A DNA stretch of 62,269 nucleotides, counting the filler, from Gonapodya sp. JEL0774 (Eukaryota): NCBI GenBank assembly GCA_027604505.1. It is 26 parts of 26 records of this genome, joined end to end, with 100 filler letters (N's around TTAATTAATTAA, not from the genome) between each part and the next. Parts side by side here need not be neighbours in the genome. Positions count along the whole stretch, not along the records: positions 45,654 to 47,945 come from JADIIX010002052.1; positions 48,046 to 50,334 come from JADIIX010002053.1; positions 50,435 to 52,723 come from JADIIX010002054.1; positions 52,824 to 55,111 come from JADIIX010002055.1; positions 55,212 to 57,498 come from JADIIX010002056.1; positions 57,599 to 59,885 come from JADIIX010002057.1; 20 more parts are not named here. One strand, 5' to 3'. The position numbers and the translations under genes are program-made. Shown here piece after piece: positions 45,699 to 58,353 of the stretch (its first letter is position 1; each line of letters starts with the position of its first letter). The notes beneath the pieces are model-generated. The model was given only the letters and a program-made list of their open reading frames with translations. It was not told the origin of the DNA and ran no database searches.

Positions 45699-47526
45699 GT
45701 CATGCTCTACGTGTGAGTAGCTTTCACATTCGATCAGTTGAACTGAAGCCCACATCGTACTGCATGAAGGGTTTCCCACCGGAATCGGCTCTTCTGTGAC
45801 CACTTCCAAATCTGCAATCACGGCCCCAAAAACCACCACGCTTATATCTACGACACCTCGCGCTTCTTCTCGCTCTACTACCTTTCGTACAACCACCTAC
45901 GCGATGTCACCTACTACCACCCAAACCCGCACAACGAACGTACTTTCAAGTGAATTCTCCACCACGAGTAGGACTACCACCATAGTTCTAAGAACCTGCG
46001 ACAGGTACGGATTGCATGAAACCCCGCACAAACTTGGAAGCGAAAAACTTCATCTTTATCATCTATCAAATAGCATTTATGCTGCAAAGCAGGCCGGAAT
46101 CGTCATGATCGTACAAGACTACAGTGATTGGGCTGCATGGTACGAATGCTCCTTCGCTTTACTTGGTGAAGATGCATTTACTCTACATCTTCGTACGTGC
46201 AGGCTTTGCAAAACCTGGTTCCCGGCTGGTATTGGTTCTCCCGGCACGACCACGCGCGGAGCAACAACCAGGGTCAAATCCACATCATACACAAAATCAA
46301 CGACAGTATTTGTTGCGTCCTCCACTGTGGGCCCTACATCGATAAAAACTGTTCGCTCAACGGCTCTTGCCCAGACGTCCCGCGGACCGCCGTTGAACTA
46401 CATGAAATGCGACGGTTTTTGGATTTGCACCCCTGTACTCACCTCAATGGTGTCTAAAGATACCGGCTTCAATTTTCAATATGTGCCGATCCACAGCACT
46501 GGCGGCTTCAGCGTGCAAGTTGATGGGGTATCGGGAATCATTCTTCTCAACCCGGCAGGGACGGGCCACGAGATCTTCTACCTCAAAAATCGAGTACTTT
46601 GGGTCACTATGGATATTTCAAAGGTGCCTTGTGGTTATAATGCCGCATTTTATTTCTCACAAATGCCGGTACCTGCAGCACCGGGCAAAGTACGTCATAG
46701 GTCTGATGCGGGATCTGTAGCTGTATACAAGCGGTCGTTTCACCCTTTTCTTCAATTTTCTTGCGCGTGTCGTGTGGTGTGCATAGGGCTACCGCGACGC
46801 CCAAGGCACATGCATGGAGTACGATGTCCAAGAATCTGATTTGGGAGGAATATCGCATGCCAGTCACTCGTGCACAAAGGCAGACGGTACAGGCGCCTGC
46901 GATCCTTGGGGATGTGGAGCAAAGTCACGTCAAATGTTTTGGGACAGCGTTGGAGTGGGAAAGTACATCGACACCTTGCAACCCATCACGGTGGCAACAG
47001 AGTTTGAGACGGATAACGGACGAGATTGGGGGGCCCTTGTCGCTATCAAGCAGACATGGTTTCAGAATGGCAAGATGTATAGTCTTCCTACTGTGAGTTT
47101 AATCTCTACAGAACTACTAACTCTGGGCTCCGGGATCACTTGCCACGAGAGCTCACTCAGTCTTCCAGCACGTTCGCTTTTAGGTCAGTGATGCAGCTTG
47201 TACGCCATCATACCCCACATACTACAACAAAACAGGTGGAATGCCGATGATGTCCAAGTGAGAACTCGTCCGTGAGAATACGTCCCACCAAAATTGAGGA
47301 TTAACACCATCATTCACTCAGGGCCCTGGATATAGGGATGACCCTCGTTATCACATTTTGGGGAGCCGATGGCGGAGGAATGGCCTGGTTGGATCAGCAT
47401 CCCAACAACGTGGATTGTAACAGTGTAACTCCGGGTCTGACCAGAGTTCAATGGAGCAATATTGCACTCACACCAGGACCTGCGACTCTTGCAACAGCAT
47501 CTGCAGTGGCCGGGCTCTTTCTTTGA
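45699..47526 (+). CDS. Modular glycoside hydrolase family 7 (endoglucanase-like) with Thr-rich linkers and a repeated Cys/Trp module, 5' truncated
   Basis: TMDISKVPCGYNAAFYFSQM, GYRDAQ, catalytic CMEYDVQE (E-x-D-x-x-E), CDPWGC, IDTLQPITVATEF, GMTLVITFW...MAWLD, VQWSNI. Confidence 0.85.
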
Positions 47527-48045
47527 TGGTGAGTGTGAGCAAGATACAAACAGATGGTGTGTGAAGTTTCACCCATTCTATGTTCATGCATCCCGCAAAC
47601 AATTAGAGGACCTGATCCAAAACGCGCGTCTCTAGCACTTATCAGGCGACAATTGCATCCTCCCATCACATATCTTTGGACTAGTAAAGGAACCACCAGT
47701 TATCATATTCGTTATAATTGCACTGTAACTAGACATCAGATACTGAGAGTTTCTTATAAACTCTATAATAGATACAACCAGGAATTCATTGGAGTACATT
47801 GCAGAGCATGTGAATGGCGTTTTTGATGATTGCGATGCGTATCGTTACTGGGTCACCGTGTTGCCTTCGTTGGAGTTGTGCCGACAACGCTCGAGCGCCA
47901 TGCAACGTTGGCGAGTGCTTCCAACACATAAAATGTCACCTTCAANNNNNNNNNNNNNNNNNNNNNNNNNNNNNNNNNNNNNNNNNNNNTTAATTAATTA
48001 ANNNNNNNNNNNNNNNNNNNNNNNNNNNNNNNNNNNNNNNNNNNN

Positions 48046-49122
48046 AACCTTTCGGCAGTAGAGTCTTCCCTAGTGTCATGCACATTGTGGTGCTACTGTC
48101 CAGACAATATTCACCGGAGAGGAGACGGGTGGAATGGTGAAGACCTGAGCATTTTTTGCATGGAAGAGAAAGAAGAAGGGTATTTGGCGATGGAAGGGTG
48201 GGATGCTACCCTTGGGTCAAATCCGACAGCGCCTGAAGGGACAACGGCCGCCGTTATTGCAATACGACGAAAGCTGCGAGTCGAAGCGGCCGCGAGGAGA
48301 GCCACTTCAGAAAAGCGGCGACTGCAAGCTTCTTGTACTTTGGAAGAAACACAACCCGACCCCTCCGACCTCCACCCGTTGGGTGTTGATCGGTACAACG
48401 TTACCCGGATAGTGCGAGAGCGTGGCAATGCTGAGCGACAGACACCAGCTCCGAGCCTAGTAGAGGTGGATGAGGTCGCAGATGGCTCATTTATCGTGAC
48501 AAAGATGCCACCCAATGCTACTTCGCAACAGGGCTCGAAGAAGAGGCCCGTCACGGTGGACCCGACAAAAGCTCCCACAGGTGGAATGACGATCCAGGAG
48601 CTCGATGGGCTGGACTTGGGTGGTAGGGGCCTTGATGCGATCATCCGGCCTTATCCCGTCTTCACTCCAGGGGATCCCGATAGAGTATCATTCTCGATCG
48701 CAGAAAGGACCTTCCATTTTTCATACACACACGCACTCCCACCCCCCATCGCGAGGGACTTCGACTCATCAGATGCTTCACACCTCATGGTCGCGGAGAT
48801 TTTTATGCCCCGCTGGCAGTACCCCGACAAACGTGAGCTCGATGTGCGCGTATCCGCAGGAGAATGGCGTTGGACGGAAGAACGGGAACCAGACGAAGAA
48901 GCTGATATAATCAGTTGGGACTACATGGTACCCGACTGGAAGGCCAAGGGCGGTGCACCTAGGTTTCGCTGCAGTGGGGGTGGGGTGAGGAAAATTGTCT
49001 GGAAGTGTGGATGTTGGGATGGGGCGTTGGTGGGAGCAAGGGTGGGGAAGGTGAAACACGAAATGGTGGTCAAGGTGAAGGAATCAGAGGAAATTGACGA
49101 TGGAAGGATTGGATGCTGCTGA
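48046..49122 (+). CDS. GH5 endoglycoceramidase-related / steryl-beta-glucosidase, C-terminal part
   Basis: TLWCYCPDN...GDGWNGEDLSIF; GGRGLDAIIRPYP; EIFMPRWQYP. Confidence 0.85.
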   Translation, partial: NLSAVESSLVSCTLWCYCPDNIHRRGDGWNGEDLSIFCMEEKEEGYLAMEGWDATLGSNPTAPEGTTAAVIAIRRKLRVEAAARRATSEKRRLQASCTLEETQPDPSDLHPLGVDRYNVTRIVRERGNAERQTPAPSLVEVDEVADGSFIVTKMPPNATSQQGSKKRPVTVDPTKAPTGGMTIQELDGLDLGGRGLDAIIRPYPVFTPGDPDRVSFSIAERTFHFSYTHALPPPIARDFDSSDASHLMVAEIFMPRWQYPDKRELDVRVSAGEWRWTEEREPDEEADIISWDYMVPDWKAKGGAPRFRCSGGGVRKIVWKCGCWDGALVGARVGKVKHEMVVKVKESEEIDDGRIGCC

Positions 49123-49283
49123 TGTTTATCATTTCGTCACCACCCGGCTCGTCCGTGTTCGGTCATTTCGGTAGGTCATATTAATGGCCAAATTTCACTT
49201 CGCATGGCATTAGTAATGTATCTTTGAGATATACATAGATATCTGATCCAAGAGAACGTTCACTGTCTTTTCCTGTACCAGCC

Positions 49284-50334
49284 TCACAAAGTCGATTTAG
49301 TACTCTTGGCGCGTGCTTCTTCTTCCGACATTTCTCTCCTGCGTCTTTCCCTGGTTGTCCTCCTCTCTGCTCCCAAGCGACTCCATGCAGACGCTGGATA
49401 CAGAGCAAAGTAGTCTGTCGCCGGATTTGGGTCCACCATGACCGTAGGCAGTCGCACTGGAAAGCAACGGGTGATATGAATAAGTGGATACAGGATGAGC
49501 AAGAGATGTGACTCCGCGAAAGAGACTTACTGTCCGTGATACAGTCGTCGGCAAAATCAACTGTGTTGTGGGCACAAACAGATGAGAGGAGGTCGCACCA
49601 TGGCAGTCCGCCAACCTCGGTAACACCTCCGCCTGACGAAACTCACTGAATCTCCCAAACACGTACACCTTCCCTTCCCTGACACCCCCCCCCTCGGTGA
49701 ACCTACTATCCATACTTCCAAACTCTTTCACCTGCCTCTCCACTTCCTTCTTACCGCCACGAGGAACCGCTACCCCTCCCATCAGCATCTCGACAATCCA
49801 CTGAGCACAAATATCGATATTGATGGAGCAAGATGCGGAGTTGAACAGCCCGTTGAAAAAAATATTGCGCGCGTAGAGGTACGAAGGAGGTTGGATAGTG
49901 CGCCAAAGAGGAGGTGCGCGGGCGTGGGCCAGACCAAGAGAGTCCAAAACGGTGTTAGGGAAGAAAGGGAAAGCAAACGTGTACCCCGTACAAAACAGAA
50001 CAGCGTGTGTATCGATCCTGCGGTGTTCCTTGGTGACGGGATCGGGACCGGACCGTTCCTTGTCCACCACCACGACTGTAGTGCGACCGTCATCCTCAAA
50101 TCGTGAGATATGACCGCGTATGGTGGCGATGTGGCCCGATTTTACGAGACGAAAGAAGTGCTCGGATGCAACACCGAAGGACGAATCCGCACCGAAGGGA
50201 TGAGTGGGCACGCAAGGGTGGGTGGGGTCTAATTCCAGAGTCGAGAGAACCGAGGTTAGTCGACACGGAGCCCTTGGGCGGATTATTACACGCACCCAGC
50301 CCGATCGCTGCCACGATTCCTTCTTCCACCGAGA
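49284..50334 (-). CDS. Flavin-containing monooxygenase, C-terminal part
   Basis: FFRLVKSGHI...GHISRF; DTHAVLFCTGYTFAFPFF; LWRTIQPP; NIFFNG...AQWI. Confidence 0.75.
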
Positions 50335-50434
50335 NNNNNNNNNNNNNNNNNNNNNNNNNNNNNNNNNNNNNNNNNNNNTTAATTAATTAANNNNNNNNNN
50401 NNNNNNNNNNNNNNNNNNNNNNNNNNNNNNNNNN

Positions 50435-51096
50435 TCATGAGGGGAACCCGCGCTTTGTTAAAGGAGGAGACAACGGGATAAGCTCGTCTTCTCCTAAAGA
50501 CGTATACCAGGGCAATGACGACGAAGATGAATCCGATTGCTACAAATAATTCGCGAGGACGTCAGTGTGAATGAAAGAGCGTCACTAACACAACACTTAC
50601 AACCAAAAACAATGCCCAATATAGCACCAAGGGACAAAACAGTTACGGTTGATGACGAACTGTACCCAGATGAGACATAAACGCCGGAGACGGGTCGTGG
50701 AGGAGGTGGGGCATAGTAAATGACTGGGGGTGGGGCGTAATAGACTGGGGGAGGTGGGGCGACATAGACTCTTCCACCGCTTCCACTGGAAGACGAAGAG
50801 CCTGCGAATGGGGGCTAGTGACTCATTTGTACAGCGATGGACGCGATTACGTGAAGTTCTCACTGGAGCTCTTGCTTCCTCCGCTACTACCGCTACTGCT
50901 GCTGCTGCTGCTGCTGCTGCTACCACCTTAACGGAAAAAAGATACCACTTAGATGTAATGATGTCGGGTGAACAGCACTTCAAAGGTGCCAGTACGGGCG
51001 CTCACCACTTTTGGCACCTCCACCTTTCCCACTTGCAACATCCGGGAAAGACAGTCCCAGGAGCACAATCACGACGATAGCAGCAATTCTCCCCAT
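50435..51096 (-). CDS. Small type I membrane protein with Gly/Ser tract and extensin-like PPPP-VYY repeats (4 exons visible, 3' truncated; absent from the ORF track)
   Basis: Spliced MGRIAAIVVIVLLGLSFPDVASGKGGGAKS|GG(S)n[56 protein letters not shown]...LGAILGIVFG|SIGFIFVVIALVYVFRRRR. Confidence 0.7.
50895..50920. repeat. (CTG)n microsatellite, about 8 units, encoding the poly-Ser tract of the gene above
   Basis: ctgctgctgctgctgctgctgctgc. Confidence 0.9.
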
Positions 51097-51890
51097 ACTC
51101 ACGGGTGGACGCTTCAATTCTCACACGTCGTCTATACTCCGAGACTTGGGGTTGAGAGCATCACACATGGTAGAAGGCCGCAGCGCTTGTCATAAGGCTG
51201 TGCATGGCAAAGTCTTTGCTTGGTTCCGGAAACCGAGACGGTGTTCTGTCATCCTTTTCCGAGTGCGATGCAGTACAATTTTTGTCGGGAGCTTGGAGGG
51301 AGTCTTACCTGGGGGATTGAAACCATACATTATTGTTTCAAATGAGAGTGAGTTGGAGCCTTAGCTTGCAGTTCAACACGGAGTCGCCCAACTCTCAATG
51401 AACTAGAGCAGCGCTGCCTCTGTGCCGGAACTGTATTGGTTGCTCAAGCCGGCAAGGCGCAAAGTGTAAGGCCAGCAGTGAACGGTGTAGGGTATTACAT
51501 TTTTGTTCTCCGAGGATGCGATTGTACTTAGATTATGTAGTTCCACTTGATGGAGCTAAGCTGCATGGAATCAATCGTTTTAGCATATCGGGATCAATGT
51601 TGTGGGGAGCTGTGTCTTTACATGTGACGCTGGCGGCACAGACAGGATGATCATGGCGCAATTATTAAACTGATTGCATTCGGTTCGATTCGGCTCTAGG
51701 GATACACCGAACGATCAGCTTGATAAGGGAGATGGAATAGGGTCCAACCAAGAGTTTGATGTGAAGAGTGGCGCCATTATTTCACAACGAAGATTGCTCG
51801 AGCACCAACATCACGCCAGATCCCCGGCAAAGCGGACCGAGGATAAATTGTCTAAAACATTGCCAATTCCGATAATTTCATTCGATTGCC

Positions 51891-52723
51891 ATGTCTGAAT
51901 TGCCACAACCAGTCTTGGATAGTGAGATCGACAAGTTACGAGGAAAAGGCGAGGATGGCACGACTTCGGAAAGTGATCCAGGCGTCCCGGTGCTCACTCC
52001 CGAAGAAGAAGCCAAATTAATCAGGAAGTGAGTTGAATTTGCGGAACGAACACTGTTCCACTCTTTTTGGCCTCGTTGCGAATCCGCTCTGAATTACATA
52101 TTGTCGCTCATCCCAGAATCGATCTTCATGTGCTCCCATGGGTTGCTTGGCTCCTTCTTATCAACGTGAGTCCGGCACAATTTTGATCGTTAATGCCTTT
52201 TGGCTCCTGTACTGTGTTTTAAGTTAGTTGTTCTTTTATAGTACATTGATCGCACCAACGTCGGCAACGTTCGGATCCTCAACAAGGAAACCGGCAACGA
52301 TATCCTCACCGAGCTCCATCTCAGTAATTCTGACTGGCAATGGGCTCTGAGCGTCTTCTTCATTGGATATTGTGAGATCAATACTTCATCGCCGTGTTCC
52401 ATAATGGGGGACCATCGTCCACTAATTGTTCCCAATGCATTCATCCGTGACATCCAGTTGTGGCAGAGATTCCGTCAAACCTCATGATCAAGCGATTCGG
52501 TCCCTCAAAATGGATGTGCCGGATTGTTTTTACTTGGGGTTGGTGCATTGTACCTTTCTTCGTAGCTCGAGTGCGGCGTTGACATTCACATCCCCCCCCT
52601 CTCCCACCCCCCCTCCCGATCTCTCCAAGGCATCGCTTCTCTCTGCACAGCCTTCGTCCACGACGCCACAGGCCTCATTCTGTGTCGGTTCTTTCTCGGT
52701 CTCACCGAAGCTGGCCTCTTCCC
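51891..52723 (+). CDS. MFS anion:cation symporter (DAL5/TNA1-like permease), 3' truncated
   Basis: EEAKLIRK|IDLHVLP...|YIDRTNVGN...LSVFFIGY|VVAEIPSNL...GPSKW...RFFLGLTEAGLFP. Confidence 0.92.
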
Positions 52724-52823
52724 NNNNNNNNNNNNNNNNNNNNNNNNNNNNNNNNNNNNNNNNNNNNTTAATTAATTAANNNNNNNNNNNNNNNNNNNNN
52801 NNNNNNNNNNNNNNNNNNNNNNN

Positions 52824-54567
52824 GATCCCGTGCCGGCCGACACAGGCGATTTTTTGGCGGATTGGTCCAGTTTACCGAGGTACTCCCTAATATACATCCA
52901 AGTCAACAACAGAATCGGTTGTTGAGTTCAGTTTGAGTTCCGTGGCGTCGCTGGAATCAAAACACCCTCTGTTCGGCCACCCACCACTTTCCACCTCTCG
53001 ACCCCACCACCACTGGCACACAGTCGTGACCCGCAGCGACTATAGTTTCCTCGTTCAGCCACAGCATTGTCACCAATGGTAAGCCCGGGTATCGAACCGT
53101 AGTGACCGTTTGTGCAAGGGGGCTGGCGAACGAGATGGAGGATCCGTGGGCTTGTCATAGGTGCACGGTCAGTGAGCATAGTCGAAAAAAGTCGCAAGAG
53201 CAAAGGACCATGAGCTCCGCTCGGCACCAGCTCTTGCGATACGACCTACTCACAGACCCAACCCACCAAAGCGCCACTCGGCGAGAACGCCACATCATGA
53301 GCCCAGCCAAGCGGGCCACTGTCATATTCAGCAAGCTGCACGCCGAAAGTGAGGCGGCCTTCAGCCCAGGGGAGGGCGGAGGCTCTATGGTGGAGGAGGG
53401 GGGCGATGAGCAAGAGGGACGGGGAAAGGTGAATGGCGCAAATGGGGACAAGATGGAAGAGAAAAGGATTGAAGGACTTACTTTGCGTCAACTTCTTTGA
53501 TATATGCGGCGTAGACACGGACCTGCCGTGAGGGATGTGGTGTGATAGGATCACAATTCAGCTCTGCTGCAGCCACTCGTACTCGCGTATTCCTGCCCCT
53601 CCCACAAACACCAACGTCTCAACTCACCGTCATATCCGCTCCTCCAACTGCCAGCAACAAACCGCCAGGATGCCAATCCACGCTCATCACCGTACTCCTG
53701 ACACCCTTCTTGATATGCTTGCTCACCCACCACTTGTTCTCCTCCTCATAGTAGCACACCGAAACCGTCTTTGCACCACTCGCTACGGCAAATTTGGTCT
53801 CCTGCGGGGACCAACGCACCGCCGTGGCGGCTCGGTTGATACGGAGGAGGACAAGGTCGGGCATCCATTTTCTGGTGGACGTGTTGAAGTTCCAGACGTA
53901 GGCGTTGCGGTCTTGGGAGCAGGTCACGAGGCGGTTGGTGTTGGGCGCCCAGGCGAGGGAGGTGACAAGTTGGAGGTGCTAGGTAGAGTGGAGCGGGAGG
54001 CTCAGGTCAGCGTAACTCCATGGACTCGATTAGGTCACGCAGAAAAGGAACTCTGACGATATTTCATATTTCGGATGGAGGTTGAGTCGGTTACAGATCG
54101 ACATTGCGTGCTGTCCATTGCCGGTGAAGTCACCCATGTCCCAGTGTCCAATTGGAACCCTCCACCGGGTAATCACAGGTGTTTCCAATAGATCATCGAG
54201 TTCCACGTCATGCGTTTACAGTCTTTCAGTCCCCCTCCTCCACCCCTCCGGCTCCCATTTTAGTCCCGAGACCCGTTACTAGTTACTGACCTCCTTGAGC
54301 GTGTCCTCCAGCACCCAGCCATCGCTCGACTTTGCGTAGATGTGCACTTCATTTGAGTTCGGTACGATTGCGACCTCTGTAATTCGCGGGGATAGTGATG
54401 AAAAACCGGGGAATGAAATGGAGCGGATATTGAAGACCCGTGTCAACCAAATTGGGGTACGATGGTCGGGGTTCACACGCACTCGACCCGTCCTTGTTGT
54501 AAGCATGTGTTGAAATTGGAACGGTCACGATTTGCTGAACGTCGACGGGTGTGGCCGTCAGCGACAT
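52824..54567 (-). CDS. ARPC1: Arp2/3 complex subunit 1 (ARPC1/Arc40), 3' truncated
   Basis: [85 protein letters not shown]. Confidence 0.96.
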
Positions 54568-55211
54568 CTTGATTGTTGTGTTGCGGACCAGATGTGAGTG
54601 AGTGCTGGATGATGGAGCCGAGCCCAACCACCCGACATAACCTCATATTACTCAGTCGCTTCACCAGCTTACATGCCTCTTTCTGCAATTCTGCTCGGCA
54701 ACAAGGGCTCTGCTTCCAAATGGCACCCCTTGGGCGGTACCCCGCATCAAACCACAGTATTCTCCAAAAACCCAAAGAATCCCTCTCCCTCCATGATAAT
54801 CGATGACTGTGCGATTTCCTTTGAGGTGCCTAATCCATTGATTCAGAGATCCCACTGGATCCGCAGCACGATCATAGCACGAACTAACCCCAACATTCCT
54901 CGATGTGAAGGCCCACACACACACATGACGGTACTAGGAGACGTCATTGCCCAAAAACTTAAGGCCAAACTGATAATGATTAGCACTCAGACAAGGAGGA
55001 AGCTGAAGCTGCGTTGAGTCCTGTCAGACGACACCACTATCGTCGTGACAGTCAGTGATTCACAATTTCCATCCACTGCATTTCCGAAATGAGGAAAAAG
55101 TTACTAGATTTNNNNNNNNNNNNNNNNNNNNNNNNNNNNNNNNNNNNNNNNNNNNTTAATTAATTAANNNNNNNNNNNNNNNNNNNNNNNNNNNNNNNNN
55201 NNNNNNNNNNN

Positions 55212-57453
55212 GCAGAGATTTTGAGAATGTCGACTGACGAAATCGCGAACAGGACACGGCTGCTGGAGAATGAAATCAAGGTGGGCGCTCAAATGCACAC
55301 GGCTGCTGTTGTTCCCAGGGTTCCGCAGAGCTCATTCTCCATTTGCATTTGCTCTCGGATGGCTTCTCTTGTTGATTTCACCCGCTTTGGACGTCGGCTC
55401 GCTTCCTCTCTCGTTTGAAAAACGTCCACGCACTTGGGGAAACGCCGACCAGGTTCTCAAATCCGAAATGAATCGACTATCACACGAGACTGCCTCGCAA
55501 AAGGAGCGAATAAAGGATAACAAGGAGAAGATTAAACTCAACAAGCAGCTTCCTTATCTTGTTTCGAACGTTGTTGAGGTGAGTGTTGGGAAAGACGTTT
55601 TGAGGTTCCACGTGTTCGGTCCTGGCTCCCAGAAGGAGACCTGCGCGGGCGGATATTGTTCCCTTTCCTATCGATTATGGTTGTTTCGGCTATCGGGCGC
55701 GCCAGGTATACTTCAGATCTTATTATTTGCGGATGAACACATTCTTGTTCCCCCGAACGTCTCATCCTTTCCAAATGACCCAACTCACCGCCATTCGTTC
55801 TTTTTCTTTACATTTATATCCGGAACTCTCCAAGATTATGGACATGGCACCCGATGAGGAAGAGGAGGAGGAAGGTGGAAACGTGGACCTTGACGAGCAA
55901 AGAAAGGGGAAATGCGCAGTGATTAAAACCAGCACGAGGCAAGTGAGTCCTCAGTATCCTTTGACTGAGTACAGATTGGGAAGAGAACGCCGGGTCCTGG
56001 TCACGCTACCGGCGCGACTTCGTCTTGAGGCGCTCTCGGCAGGATCGCCCGCAGTCATAATTTTGGTGACTGGACCAACGAAAACATTTCGTCTCACAAT
56101 ATTAGATGATGACTGTGAAGACGAGTGCAGACGACAATTTGTCGGGGACGGAACTCTTGTAGCTTTGTTTTTGGGGATACCCATGCGGAATGCTCTCGTT
56201 GACTCCCGTCGCCTGTGTCAGACCGTCTTCCTGCCCATGGTCGGTCTCGTGGACGTCAACACTCTAAAACCTGGAGACCTCATCGGCGTGAACAAAGACT
56301 CATACCTCATCCTGGACGCCCTGCCGGCCGAGTACGACTCCCGCGTGAAAGCAATGGAGGTGGACGAGAAGCCCACCGAGGATTACAATGATATCGGTGG
56401 TTTGGACAAGCAGATTGAAGAGCTTGTTGAGGCGATTGTACTGCCCATGACTCAGGCGGAGAGATTCAAGAATCTGGGCATTCGGCCTCCCAAGGGTGAG
56501 TGTGTTATCAGCAACAACAAACCGACCGTCCGGTACTGGATGCGGCTTGTTCGCCATTCGTTACCCGCCTCTTCTAGGTTGCTTAATGTATGGTCCTCCG
56601 GGAACTGGCAAGACTTTATTAGCACGAGCGTGTGCAGCACAAACGAACGCAACGTTTCTGAAGCTGGCAGGTCCCCAGCTCGTACAAGTGAGCATTGATG
56701 TGATTCTTGATTTGCATATTGCCCATTGTTTTTAATAGCACTGTGTCTGCCCGGATCTCTGCAGATGTTCATCGGGGACGGTGCCAAACTCGTGCGAGAT
56801 GCCTTCGCACTGGCCAAAGAAAAGGCACCCGCCATCATCTTTATCGACGAACTTGATGCTATTGGCACGAAGCGATTTGATTCGGACAAAAGCGGAGATC
56901 GTGAGGTGCAGAGAACCATGTTGGAGCTCTTGAATCAGCTGGACGGGTTCAGCAGTGACGACCGCGTGAAGGTAGGTCGGCATGATTGGTTCCATCAGTA
57001 CGTGATTAAATGTGTTTCTTGCTTCTCCCTCTTGTACCGCCTTTAAGGTCATCGCTGCAACAAACCGTGTTGACATCCTCGATCCTGCACTCCTCCGATC
57101 CGGCCGACTCGACCGAAAGATTGAGTTCCCCGCCCCCAACGAAGAAGCCCGTGCCCGTATCGTGCAAATTCACTCCCGTAAAATGACGGTGAACCCTAAC
57201 GTCAACTTTGACGAGATCGCCCGGTCCTGCGACGAGTTCAATGGAGCACAGTGCAAGGCCATCTGCGTCGAAGCCGGTATGCTCGCTTTAAGGAGAGGCG
57301 GTACCGAGGTCATTCACGAAGATTTCATGGAAGGTGAGCATGGTTTGGTTTTGCCATCCAGAATGTCGGTCTTAGCTCTGTTTTGCCACGGCCTTTGAAG
57401 CTATTCAAGAGGTACAGGCCAAGAAGAAAACAAGTTTGCAATATTACGCATGA
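55212..57453 (+). CDS. RPT5: 26S proteasome regulatory ATPase subunit 6A (5' truncated)
   Basis: [71 protein letters not shown]-terminal QYYA. Confidence 0.97.
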
Positions 57454-57598
57454 TATAATTTAGTTGATCTGTCCAATGCATCAGTAGAGCCTCGCGCTNN
57501 NNNNNNNNNNNNNNNNNNNNNNNNNNNNNNNNNNNNNNNNNNTTAATTAATTAANNNNNNNNNNNNNNNNNNNNNNNNNNNNNNNNNNNNNNNNNNNN

Positions 57599-57770
57599 AG
57601 ACTTCGAGTACGCCTTGAAGTATATCGAGACATTGAAAGGTGCCGCTCGAGATCGTACCGTCCAGGAAGCCGAGAACATTGTCAGCGTGGCGGTAGCAGA
57701 GGACGGCGAGTCCGAAGCGCTGGCTACGAAGCGGGACAGAGCGAAGAGAGTGATTACGTTGATGAAATGA
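57599..57770 (+). CDS. 3' end of a WKF-domain (C7orf50-like) protein
   Basis: DFEYALKYIETLKGAARDRTVQEAE...RDRAKRVITLMK*. Confidence 0.5.
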
Positions 57771-58353
57771 GACCTGTTGGTTGTGGGCTTACGTTGGGGT
57801 CAGGGACACGGTTGGCTGCCAACCGCGTCACAGGATCGAATGACTCTCCAAGTGAGCAAAACGTGTAACCGGCTCTTTTGTTGCTCGTGCGCGAACATCG
57901 ACCTCGAGGAATGAAGTCGATCTTACGATTTAATATTTTGTATCAGCCTTGTTACTGACGTCAGTTGTAAATACAACGCCGAAAAGTGTTGCGAATCCCC
58001 CAGAATGAATCCATCTCGCACATTACCTGCAAAGGTATCAAGGTTCATTGTAACGCAAACTTGCTTGCTTCGGGATCGTTCCAAGGGCTTCATAGTGCAC
58101 CGTCCACAGGAGAATGAGATCACCTGATAGGCGGACACACCAATCCATATTACCACCAGGACACTTTGAGACTAGTTTGGGCGAGCTCACATGTAAGTGT
58201 CGCGGTTAATGCATGGAAGGGACTATGCCCCTGGGCGAGAGGTGGGTGGAGAGGATCAACGTCACGGAACCGAGTCAGCCCTCTACACGGTCGCATAACA
58301 TTGAATCGGTTGATCCTCTTCTCATATGCTGATTTCTTTCGAACCTGTCCCAG

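Noticed and set aside
48111..48644. Long antisense ORFs here and at 4252-4677, 5396-5890 and 22641-23126
   Set aside because: They mirror well-supported genes on the opposite strand and carry no recognisable motifs.
40865..50334. Apparent carbohydrate-enzyme cluster (chitin synthase, CE8, GH7, GH5)
   Set aside because: Each gene is on a different contig; the order reflects contig length, not genome position.
50597..51080. Poly-Ala ORFs on both strands over the CTG repeat
   Set aside because: Shadow frames; the spliced poly-Ser reading gives a coherent signal peptide and TM protein.
55727..56698. 323-aa ORF suggesting RPT5 with a large novel insertion
   Set aside because: The insert lies between a GTGAGT donor and a CAG acceptor; it is an intron that happens to lack in-frame stops.
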